DNA of 64,000 bases from assembly GCA_038087875.1 (NCBI GenBank), contig CM075988.1, positions 16,122,001 through 16,186,000 on the forward strand, written 5' to 3'. Within the stretch, counting starts at the first letter, position 1. The number at the start of each line of letters is the position of its first letter. This DNA comes from Malacoraja senta (Eukaryota). A program made the position numbers and the translations under genes. The notes beneath the pieces are model-generated. The model was not told where the DNA came from. It searched no databases and worked only from the letters and a program-made list of their open reading frames with translations. Positions 34,575 through 46,300 of this stretch are shown piece after piece.

Positions 34575-35349
34575 TGTGTATCTTCAGTTTAAACCAGCAT
34601 CTGCAGTTCCTTCCTACAACATTTTGTCTGTATAATGATTGTTCTTTAGTGGAAGAAATCTGCCAATATTCCCCTCCCTGTATATATGACACCTCAAAAC
34701 TGTCAATGCAATGGACTCCTCATTTATCATTTCAAAGCTCCATTAGGGACGGACAATACATACTAAAATTGCTCTGAATGTTCACAACTGGTGAATGAGT
34801 AAACTCCAAATCAGTCATTGAACTCCAAATCATTGTGAATAACACCTGAATGGCAGTAAAATCATGTTTTGTATAAAACTGAGCATTAACATAAATAAAC
34901 GAAAATCCAAAAATGAACACAAGTATATTGGATGCATTCTAAACTTTGACTAACACATTTTGTGTGACTTTTGCATAATTGCATTTTTGAAGACATCAAT
35001 TCAGTGCAAGAATTTACTTTCCTTCAGCACAACTCAGAATATTAAAAATGCAACCAGGATTAACAGAGTTGCAGTTAGTACAGAACTGAGAAGTCCCCAA
35101 CAGATTTGGAAATCAAAATTGTTATGTTGAAGATTCTTTGACAAATTATTTACTTGGATTAAATATTTCACTTTTGCAGTTGGATGTGACATATGTTTAA
35201 CAGATACCTCTATAATATGTGTTGCCAACCCGACTAAACTGAGCTATGAGGAAAAGTTGATCATAATGATGACTTGTATTGCCTTCTGGTTACCAATGTG
35301 TCAAATTAGTATGTTTTATCATGTAAGAAAATGTGATTGTTTTGAAAAC

Positions 35350-36020
35350 TGGTCACGGGAATTTAATAAAGATAAATGTGAGGTGTTGCATTTCGACAAG
35401 TCTAACATTGGCAGGACCTACGCAATGCATGGTAGGACTCTAACGGTGTTGTAGGGCAGAGGGATCCATAAGTGCAGGTGCTTGGTTCCTTGAAGGTGGA
35501 ATTACAGGCAGATAGTGTGATCAAAAAGGCTTTTGACACATTGGCCTTCATCAGTCAGAGTATTGAGTACAGAAATTGGGAGGTCATATTGCAGTTATAT
35601 AAGATGTTGGGGCAGGAGGAAGAGGGGTGATTTATAGAGGTGTATAAAATCAAGCGAGGAATAGATTGGTTAGATGCACAGAGTCTCTTGCCCAGAGTAG
35701 GGAAATTGAGGACCAGAGGACCAGAGGACCAGAGGACATAGGTTTAAGGTGAAGGGAAGGGAAAAATATTTAATAGGAATCTGAGGGGTAACTTTTTCAC
35801 ACAAAGGGTGGTGGGTGCATGGAATGAGCTGCCTGAGGAGGTAGTTGAGGCAGGGACTGTCCCATCGTTTAAGAAACAGACAGGTACATGGATAGGACAG
35901 GTTTGGAGTGATATGTGCCAAACACAGGCAGGTGGGACTAGTGTAGCTGGGATATGTTGGCCAATGTGGGCAAGTTGGGCCAACCGGCCTGTTTCCATGC
36001 AGTATCACTCTATGACTCTA
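35350..36020 (+). mobile_element. CR1-type LINE 3' fragment within the putative 3'UTR
   Basis: EFNKDKCEVLHF... and [17 protein letters not shown] remnants. Confidence 0.8.
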
Positions 36021-36112
36021 ACCAATATTACTAAACAATTAAAAGAAAACAATTTCAACATTAGTTTCTGGTCTATGTTGGTTATATATGATTCAACAGT
36101 TGCAAATTATCT

Positions 36113-36127
36113 GGTTTCTGTGAAACT
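36113..36127 (+). promoter_or_regulatory. Roquin constitutive decay element (CDE) stem-loop
   Basis: GGTTTC-TGT-GAAACT: 6-bp stem (one G-U) with a UGU triloop, same core as the TNF CDE UUUCUGUGAAA. Confidence 0.7.
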
Positions 36128-38414
36128 TCCACTACTGGTTGCATTGTCTAGCAATTGTACTGTATTATATAGTATCATTCATGGTTCTCTCTGACTTTTT
36201 TTCCTTCAGTTTTGATGTACTTTTTTTAAGCATGATTACTCCTTTGGTAATTCACCTATTTTTGGATTGCAATAAAACCGTTACTGTTCATCTTGCATTT
36301 GTATGTCTGTGGATTTAGAAAAGAGTTTTATTGATGTACTTGGGGAATTAAATCATAATATGTTTAGTTTTGATTCCTGAAATGTTGCATGAGGCATCGA
36401 GCAATGACTTGATAATTAACCATTAATATTGGTTGATTTGAACGCTTCCTCATTGCAAAACCTGTGACACCCGTGGGACAGAGTAGTTACTTGTGTTGCG
36501 TGTCCTTACCTCTCTTGTTCTCTTTCCTACCACACACAGTCAATTAGTAATCCTGGCCTCTGCATATCATTCGTAACCCATAGCAAAGAAAGTTAAGAGA
36601 AGGAAAATCAACCTAGCCAAAGCTGGCTAATGGGAGCCAGAGGTAGTGTGAATTTTATCCTCTTTCAATGTCCCCTGCAGTGCAAATTCTTCTTCAGTTA
36701 CTTCTGTACTCTATGAAGAGCTTTCTTTCAATCTATTTTCACGCTATTGCAGTTCAAACAGGTTATAAAGTCTTCAATCAATAACAAAAAAACATTTAAT
36801 AGCATGCTGAGAAACTTCAGTATTTACTTTCCTAAATCTCCCTCCTGGTGAGCTTGAATGCAGTTTTGAAAATAAATCAAGATGTACTGAAACAATTAAT
36901 AATGTACATTATCTAATTGAATTTGCCCATTAAATTTACTATGTTTGCAAAGATATAAAGATTTTTTGAGTCTGGGAATTAATAACACAGCAAAACTTTG
37001 TTTTTTTGGTGTTGACAGTAATCTGGGCTATTTGATAGAATGACTCAACCATAATTCATTGGGCAATTTATATATGCAGCAGGTTGGAAGAATAGGAAGT
37101 TACCTCTGCTCTGGAAGGATAAGTACCTAAAACGATGTTGACCGACTAGCACCAAAAGTAGTGAACGGGATTAGTAACTAATGAGAATAACTAAAAACCA
37201 CTGGGGTTCATTTGGAGTTGGATAAAATTCAAAAGGAAAGAAATAATGGAGAATTTGTTAGATCACACACAGATTGATTAGATCACATGTGAATTGCTGT
37301 GAACAGCCTTGGTCTCCATAATTAAAAAAGACCAAGAAGCATCAGGCAATTTACAAAAATAATCAACTTGACTGATACCAGAACTGGGAGGTCAAACCTA
37401 TTGGGAAAGTTTGAAAATGTTGTGACTCTTTACTCTATAAAAAGGGAAGAGTGAGCTGATTAAAGATCTTTAAGATTATTAAAAAGTTATGACACAGAGA
37501 GGGCATTTCTAAATTCAGACAAAATTGGAACCAAGAGTTATTAAACAATCCAATAGGGAATACAACAGAATATATCAATAACTCCAATCCAATGAAGTGT
37601 AGTTTATTGGTTGGTATGCTTTCATAATGGCCTCAGTAATTTCTGCTAAACTTTTAGTGACTGATATATTTCATTTTATTTAATTATAAGATACAGCATG
37701 AAAACAGGCTCTTTGGCCCACCGAGTCCCACCGATCATCGATCACCCCTACACTAGTTCTATGTTATCCTATGCACCAGGGTCAAATGACAGAAACCAAC
37801 CAACCTACAAATCTGCATGCTTTTGTGATGTGGCAGGAAACAGGAGCACCTGGAGAAATCACACGAATCGCGGTCACGTACAAACTCTACAGACAGCACT
37901 CGTGGTCAGGATCAAATCTAGGTCTCTGACGCTATGAGGCTGCAGCTCTACCACTGTGCCATCCAGCATATTCTTACACAAAAATCCCCTTATTCCTCCA
38001 TCCAACAGTACCTTCTCTGTTCTCCCCAACAAAGTGTATAACCTCACTCTGATGAACTCATTTGATAATTATTTGAGCAAAACTAAACTGCTGGAGAAAC
38101 TCGGCGAATCAGACAGCATTATTTGGGTGGCACAGTGGCAGAGACCCTTGTTCCTTCCTCAGTGCTCAGGCCTCAGGTGCTGTCAGTGTGGAGTTTGCAC
38201 ATTGTCTCTGCGACTGCGTGGGTTTCCTCTGGGTCCTCCGGTTTCCTCGCATATCCCAAAGACATGAGTTTGTAGGTTAATTGGCCTCTGTAAATTGCCC
38301 TGAATATTTTGGGAGTGGATGCAAAAGTGACATAACGTAGGGCCCAACTCCAAATGAACCACTGTGGTTTGAGTTCTTTTTAGTTACTAACCCCTTTCAC
38401 TACTTTTGGTGATT

Positions 38415-39140
38415 TTCTAAATGGGGAGAGAATCCAGAAATCGAAGGTGCAAAGGGACTTGGTGCAGGATGCCCAAAAGGTTCATCTGCAAGCTTAATCA
38501 GTAGAAAAGAAAGCAAACGCAATGCTAGCATTAATTTCAATACAAAAACAGTGATGTAATGCTGAGGCTCTATAAGGTGCTGGTAAGGCCACATTTGGAA
38601 TATTGTGAGCAATTTTGGGCGCCATATTTGCGGAAGGATGTGCTGGCTCTGGAGAGGGTCCAGAGAAGGTTTACAAGAATGATCCCAGGAATAAGTAGGT
38701 TAACCTATGATCAGCATTTGTCACCACTGGGCCTGCACTCGCTGGAGTTTATAAGAATGAGGAGGAACCTCATTGAAATATACAGAATAGTGTAAGGCTT
38801 GGATAGACTGGATGTGGAGAGGATGTTTCCACTAATGGGGGAGTCTAGGACTAGAGGTCATAGCCTTAGAATTAAAGGACATTCTTTTAGAAAGTAGATG
38901 AGGAGAAATGTCTTTAGTTAGAAGGTGGTGAATCTGTCTAATTCTTTGCCACAGAAGGCTGTAGAGCCCACGCCAGTGGATAAGGCAGAGATAGATAGAT
39001 TTTTGATTAGTACAAGTGTCGGAGGTTAGGGGGCGAAAGCTGGAGAATGGGGTTAGGAAGGAGAGATAGATCAGCCATGATTGAATGGCAGAGAAGATGA
39101 TGGGCCGAATGGCCTAATTCTACTATCACATGACCTTATG
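38415..39140 (+). mobile_element. CR1-type LINE 3' fragment
   Basis: ORF 38559-38795 LYKVLVRPHLEYCEQFWAPYLRKDVLALERVQRRFTRMIPG. Confidence 0.88.
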
Positions 39141-39780
39141 TGTGTCTCTATTCTGTCAACCCCATTTTGATAAATGATTGATCAATGGTGGGCATGAAAT
39201 CCATGGGCACAAGGGTCGGCTTCCATGCTAAAGCTCTAAATAATAAATCTGTTAAGGAATAAGGACAGACGACATTTTGGGTCATTCTGGACATTTCTTC
39301 AGGCTGATTGAGTTGAGAGGAGCGAGCTGGTCGGGAGAGGTGAGGGGAAGGGGAAGGGGCGAGGCGAGGCGAGGCAAAAACTGGCAACTGGGAGGTGGTT
39401 TCAACAGCCAATCAACCCTTCCTCACCTGAGTCCAGTTTGTTATTTCACACCAGGCGAGAATAAATAGTTAACGAAGCTGATTAAATGCAATCATTGTGG
39501 TAACATCTCCTGCAGGTCTTCATTTCCACAGAGGAAAATTTGTAACGCAGCATAGATGTGGAGTGAGGTTACATTTATTTGACTTAGCTGCTTATGTTTA
39601 GTAGTTTTCTGGATGAAATGAAGCAAAATGGGATGGTGTCAGGAAAGAAGCACAGTGAGCTGACTTGGAGGATTATTCCCAGAACAATGCAACTCCTGCT
39701 GTGTTGCTCTCTGCTTGGCCACTCTCAAGGTACAGTGCAAGATTAAAGAATGTTAGTTATAGTTGTTGCTGTACATGTTG

Positions 39781-39938
39781 GATAGACACAAAATGCCGGA
39801 GTACCTCAGCGGAACAGGCAGCATCTCTGGAGAGAAGGAATGGGGGATGTTTTGGGTCGTCCATCCCGAAACATCACCCATTCCTTCTCTCCAGAGGTGC
39901 TGCCTGTTCATCTGTTACCCCAGCATTTTGTGTCTATC
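39781..39938. repeat. Fold-back of two inverted Penelope terminal repeats (~75-bp arms)
   Basis: GATAGACACAAAATGC...GGAGAGAAGGAATGGG mirrored by CCCATTCCTTCTCTCC...GCATTTTGTGTCTATC. Confidence 0.85.
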
Positions 39939-40427
39939 TCTGGTATAAACCAGCATCTGCAGTTGCTTCCGATGCTTTTGTTTGCTCTTTGTTTGCATTT
40001 TGATGGGCCAAATGGCCTAGTTTCCATGCTGTATTTCCAAACTAAAGTAAGAAGGGACCCAACCCAAAATGTCACCTGACTTGCTGAGGTACTCTAGTAC
40101 TGTATGTTTTGGAAAGGAAAATTTTGGTTAATACTTCAAAGTCGCTCAGAATTGATGTGAGCATTGAAATTTTTATTTGACCGAAAGACTTTATAATGAA
40201 AAACTGTGTTCATCAACTGTTTTAACAATCTCCAGTCAGCTGTCGATTATACGTATCATCACATCACAAGGAAATTTCTATACTTAATGGTGCAATTTGA
40301 CATATCTTTCATAAAATTAATCCCACTTTCAAATGAGAAGTGTTTATTAAAGTTGAATCCCATGGTACTAGCCAGAGAGTTCTACAGTAATGAAACAAGC
40401 CCTTCAGCCCACCTTGCCCATGTTGCC

Positions 40428-41540
40428 CACATAAGAGATTATTATACAAACTTAAAGCACATGGCATTGGGGGTTCAGTATTGATGTGGATAGAGAACTG
40501 GCTGGCAAACAGGAAGCAAAGAGTAGGAGTAAACGGGTCCATTTCACAATGGCAGGCAGTGACTAGTGGGGTACCGCAAGGCTCAGTGCTGGGACCCCAG
40601 CTATTTACAATATATATTAATGATCTGGATGAGGGAATTGAAGGCAATATCTCCAAGTTTGCGGATGACACTAAGCTGGGGAGCAGTGTTAGCTGTGAGG
40701 AGGATGCTAGGAGACTGCAAGGTGACTTGGATAGGCTGGGTGAGTGGGCAAATGTTTGGCAGATGCAGTATAATGTGGATAAATGTGAGGTTATCCATTT
40801 TGGTGGCCAACTAGGAAAAGGGGAGATGCAACGAGACCTGGGTGTCATGGTACACCAGTCATTGAAAGTAGGCATGCAGGTGCAGCAGGCAGTGAAGAAA
40901 GCAAATGGTATGTTAGCTTTCATAGCAAAAGGATTTGAGTATAGGAGCAGGGAGGTTCTACTGCAGTTGTACAGGGTCTTGGTGAGACCACACCTGGAGT
41001 ATTGCGTACAGTTTTGGTCTCCAAATCTGAGGAAGGACATTATTGCCATAGAGGGAGTGCAGAGAAGGTTCACCAGACTGATTCCTGGGATGTCAGGACT
41101 GTCTTATGAAGAAAGACTGGATAGACTTGGTTTATACTCTCTAGAATTTAGGAGATTGAGAGGGGATCTTATAGAAACTTACAAAATTCTTAAGGGGTTG
41201 GACAGGCTAGATGCAGGAAGATTGCTCCCGATGTTGGGGAAGTCCAGGACAAGGGGTCACAGCTTAAGGATAAGGGGGAAATCCTTTAAAACCGAGATGA
41301 GAAGAACTTTTTTCACACAGAGAGTGGTGAATCTCTGGAACTCTCTGCCACAGAGGGTAGTCGAGGCCAGTTCATTGGCTATATTTAAGAGGGAGTTAGA
41401 TGTGGCCCTTGTGGCTAAAGGGATCAGAGGGTTTGGAGAGAAGGCAGGTACAGGATACTGAGTTGGATGATCAGCCATGATCATATTGAATGGCGGTGCA
41501 GGCTCGAAGGGCCGAATGGCCTACTCCGGCACCTAATTTC
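40428..41540 (+). mobile_element. Young 5'-truncated CR1 LINE (RT C-terminal part still open)
   Basis: ORF 40481-41461 with GVPQGSVLGP and KFADDTKL; (TATGTTTC)n tail. Confidence 0.95.
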
Positions 41541-42334
41541 TATGTTTCTATGTTTCTATGTTGGCCTACTGAGTTGCAAGCATTTGGCCCATATCGGACT
41601 AAACCCTTCCTTTCTATACATCTGTCTAAATGTATTTTATAAGTTGTAATTGCTTCCTCTGGCTATCATATTAATCTTAAAATGTACTCTCTTCTGGAGA
41701 GTATTCTGAGGGATAGGTTATACACACACTAGATAATATTCTGAGGGATAGGTTATACAGGCATTTGGATGGGCAAGGGCTGATTATGGATAGTCAGCAT
41801 GGTTTTGTACGTGGGAGGTCGTGTCTCACAAATCTGATCGACCGTTTTGGTCTCGTTTTCAACAAAATCAACGAGGGCAGAGCTGTACATGAATTTCAGT
41901 AAGGCATTCGGCATGGTTCCACATGGTAGGCTGCTCTGGAAGGTTAGATCACATGGGATCCAAGGTGTTGGTGGAGAGAGGTTTCTCTGGCAATTCTGCC
42001 CCTCTGATCAATGAAACAAAATCTTATTCACATGAGCTAAATCTTGTGCTTTGGAATGGGCCAACTGGAACTTCCCCAGGCGTTATTTGCTCAAAGACTG
42101 AACAAAAACAGCTCCTCAAGCGTTGCAATGATTTACTCTTCAGCTTTACTATTGTCACATGTACCAATATACAGTGAAAAGCTTTGTTTTGAATGCTATG
42201 CAAACAGATCAGGTATACCATGAATATAATTAAATCAAACTGGAGTATAATAGATTCAGTAAAGGGGAAGCTGCAGAGTGTAGAAATAGTTCTCAGCATT
42301 GTAGCGCATCAATAAGTGAGTTCAGTATTTCAAC

Positions 42335-42390
42335 TGCGCATGCCCAGGTCATAGGTCAATCGAGATAAACATTCTCAGCAGCTGAGCTGC
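42335..42390. promoter_or_regulatory. Motif cluster: NRF1-like, perfect DR1, GATA, E-box
   Basis: TGCGCATGC 42335-42343; AGGTCATAGGTCA 42346-42358; AGATAA 42363-42368; CAGCTG ~42379; followed by CpG-richer sequence. Confidence 0.4.
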
Positions 42391-43304
42391 TGCGTGTATA
42401 CAGACCTGTGTTTCATCTGTAGTCAGGATCGAACCCGGGACTCCGGCATGTTGAATTGCTACTGGAGTTAGATGATGTAGAACAAATGCGAATGGGTGAT
42501 CTCACTACCGTCCCCTACCGAGTGTCCCATCCCTATCTGGGGGCGGCCGGGATGTCCGGGGTGATGGGACACCGGCCAGGAGCAGTGGTGGTCCCAGGCT
42601 TACAGCCAGCGTGGAGAAGAAGCACTAACTCCAGCTCAACTCTGCTCCAACTCCCGAGGAACCCGTTCCCCGATGGGCCGGGGACCGTCAGCTGCACCTC
42701 TCACCTTATCCAGTGGCTGTTGATTAACCCTCTCGGGGAGAGAGAGAGAGAGAGAGAGAATGTCCTCCAACGTTGCCGGGAGAGTTTCTGTGAAATTCCA
42801 GAGGGTGGGTTTGTGAAGTGAGATAGAAATAAGATTGAATTAATGTTCATAAAAGAGCGACGACTGTCCACTATTGAGTTGACACAATTCTAGATTAATT
42901 AATTGGTAGAATACTTAACAATTTATACACAGTCTATACAGCCAGTGCTTTGTTCGCTTTTTCTTTATCACGAGTGACCTTTGACAAATCCCATGATTCC
43001 TTGTGTTTTTCGGAATACCGAACTCGCTTATTGCATGGACAATGGAAGTTGTCAGAAAGTTGAAGATCCAGTGGTACAGTGGGGGGGAGTTGATTTCTGT
43101 GTCCTGGAGTATGGAGATGATTTTGGACAGGATTATGGTGTTGAAGGCAGAGATATATATCTATAAATAGGAGTCTAACATGGGTGTCCTTGCTGTTAAG
43201 CTATTCTGGAGATGATTTTAGAAAATTTCCTCCATACGATCCTCAAGACCTTGTCATACTCTCCAAAGGTGGAGCTCAAATGTTCTCAGTAACTCAATAA
43301 AACC

Positions 43305-46300
43305 GGCTTCTGGTGGCGCCATGTTATACTAACAGACGTGCACCTAGCTCCGCTCTCGAAAAAATTCGCGATTTTTTGCGTTAAAACGGGTCTATAAGTC
43401 GGAATTGATTTAAAAACTTTACCGGAGCTTCTGGTCGCCATGCTGATGACGTCATCAGTAAGCGCGATGTTTTAAACGGTGGCTTAAAGACTTTTATATG
43501 AGAAAACTGTCTCCAGCTCAGAGCCCTCGGAGAACAGTTAAAAAACAGCTGCTGAAAAACCTGAAGAATCCTGAAGGAGAAGTTACCTCTGAAGTTCCTG
43601 AAGTGGCTGCAGAAATGGATACAAGATCTAAGACAGAGCTGGCTAAGGATAAAGAATTTGAGGATTTGAAGAAATCAGTGAAAGATATGAAAGATGAAAT
43701 TTTGGATGAAAATAAAACTCTGATGGAAAAAATGATGGAAAAAATCGAAAAGATGATGTAGGATTTGAAGGCTGGTAATCAGAAGGATATTGATGCTGGT
43801 AATCAGAAGGTGATTGATTCACTTGACACTATAAATAAACGAATTGATGATGTGAAAGATGGACTATCGGGGAGAATGGATAAGATGGAAAAAGTTACTA
43901 CGGACAGGTTCACGGCTGTGCTTGAAACAGTAGCTGCAAGTATGGCTACAATCATGGAATTGGAGAAAAATATGGCTCGAGTGGCAGAAGACATGGTGAA
44001 AATGAGGCGAGAACATGATCAAATGAAGCAAGAACATGAGCAAACTTCAGTACAGATGACGACTCAACTGGGGAAAGTTTCAGATAAATGCCTGGACCTG
44101 GAAGCTCGTTCTAGACGCCAGAATTTGAGAATTCTTGGAGTCTCAGAGGGAACTGAGGGAAGGGACATTCGTGAGTTTGCCATGGGCTTACTTAAACAAC
44201 TGCTTAATCTCTCCAAAGAACCGAAAATTGAAGTGGCACACCGTGTACCGAGACTTAAACCGAGATCTCAAGCTAGACAAGACCACCCACGACAGATTAT
44301 TGTGAAATTTCGAGACATTTCAGAACTGGAAGAGGTGATGAGTAAAATCAAATATGGAGTGCAACTGAGGCTTGATAACGACATTATCAAAATATTCAGG
44401 GACTATCCGTATGAAATTGTGCGAAAGAGAAATCAATTCGGAAAGGCAAAAGAACTTTTAAGGGGGATGCAAGAAGTTAGATACGGTGTCTTTTATCCAG
44501 CTAAAATGCGCATCTCTTATAATGGACGTGAAAGATCATTTGTGAACCCGGAGGATGCGTACAAATATGCCCAGAGCATCGTTGAAAAGTAGCAACATAG
44601 ATGGTATGAACAAACTTCTTTATTGGAATTCCACAGTTAATGGAGGATCGCCAGCTCGGAACCATTTCATGTAGTGTTTTGTTTAGGATGGCGAGACTGG
44701 TTATCTGTGGAATTTTAACTCAAGGACATTCTGTGTTCCAAACGAAGTAAACAGCCGAACCGAAGAGAATGGACTATACCAGAAGCATTAATTGTTTAAT
44801 GGATTATAATATTAAATCCAATTGTAAGAATCGATCCTATTAACAACTTAACAATTTAACAAGTTATCAATATTAAACTAGAATAGTAACGGACGCTAAT
44901 AACAAAAATAACGAACTAACATAACTAACATAAATTTTTACTAAATCTAAACCTTGTCTATAACTGGGAGGAGGGGATGAGAAACGAGCACCTGGCTCGG
45001 GTCCAGGAGCACGTTTCATTAACCCCTTCAACCAACAGTTGATTATTATTGAGGGTAAAATCATTCGTTTAATAATTAGTAGATAAAATTGCGATATATA
45101 TATGATATGCTATAATGAAATATATAGGGTAAATTTGTATTATATATCTGATTGTGAGGCCCCGTCCTATTATGTTATGATTAACCAAGGGTGCGGAGTT
45201 ATTTGTTTAACATCAACAATGGAAGTCGAAACAAGGTTTTCTCCCACCTACAGGTGGGCCACTTGTTACAGTGTCGACCATTTTAGACGCTGTATTTTCA
45301 CTTTTTCAATTTTTTTTAAATTATTGTTATTATCACATAAAGTCACATGTTTGTGTTTTGTGTTTAGTGATAAGCGTAAAAGGGATATGCCAACAAAACT
45401 TAGTAATGCAAAGGTTCCCCCAATACCCAAAGACCTGAGACATGGATGCACCACAAGATTTAAAGGTATTATAATTATTCAAAATGCAAGATGTTAAACA
45501 AAAGAACCTAGGAGGAGTCTCATTCTGCAGTTGGAATATAAGAGGTATTAATGAACCTATTAAAAGGGGTAAGATATTAGCTCAGCTGAAACTGTACAAC
45601 TCTGACATCATTTTCTTACAAGAAACTCATCTAAAATCCCAGGATCAAGCTAGGTTGAGGGCGAAATGGATAGGTCAAATATATCATTCTTCATATACTT
45701 CGAAATCTAGAGGTACGTCAATCATTATTAGAAAAGATATACCATTCAAAGCAAAGAATACCATAACAGACATTGAAGGGAGATATTTGATAGTTACCGG
45801 AGAAATTCATGATACTCCAATTACCTTGATAAATATATACGCGCCTAACTTTGACAATCCTCATTTTTTCAATAAATTTCTGAACATAATCGCAGAGTTT
45901 AATTATCAAAATGTTATAATAGGAGGAGACTTTAACTGTGTTTTAGATCCGTATTTAGACAAATCAAGCCAAAAACAGAGAGGGAATACGAAATCTAAAA
46001 CTAGTGAATTTTTAAATACTTATATAAATAATACTAATATAACAGATGTTTGGAGAATTGCTAATCCGACTGACAGGGAATACTCGTTTTATTCAATTAT
46101 GTTACACAAAACATACTCACGTATAGATTATTTCCTGGTGGATACAAAATTAATCCCTCACACTGTGAACCCAGCATACCATACAAATTCGATTTCAGAC
46201 CATTCACCACTAACTTTCTTTTTAAAACTGGAAGGAATGTCTAAGAATAAATCATTTTGGAGATTCAATTCTCAAATCCTAAAAGATCCGCAAGCGAGTA

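Larger units (their letters stand above)
34134..36295 (+). other. Putative terminal exon / 3'UTR
   Basis: Acceptor tttttccttatag ending at 34133; AATAAA at 36271-36276 followed by GT/T-rich sequence; contains a CDE hairpin. The 3' end is approximate. Confidence 0.55.

Noticed and set aside
40309..41073. 254-aa minus-strand ORF
   Set aside because: Antisense shadow of the CR1 RT frame.
42782..42798. Second CDE-like hairpin GAGTTTC-TGT-GAAATTC
   Set aside because: It lies about 6.5 kb beyond the likely polyA signal, with no evidence that it is in a 3'UTR.
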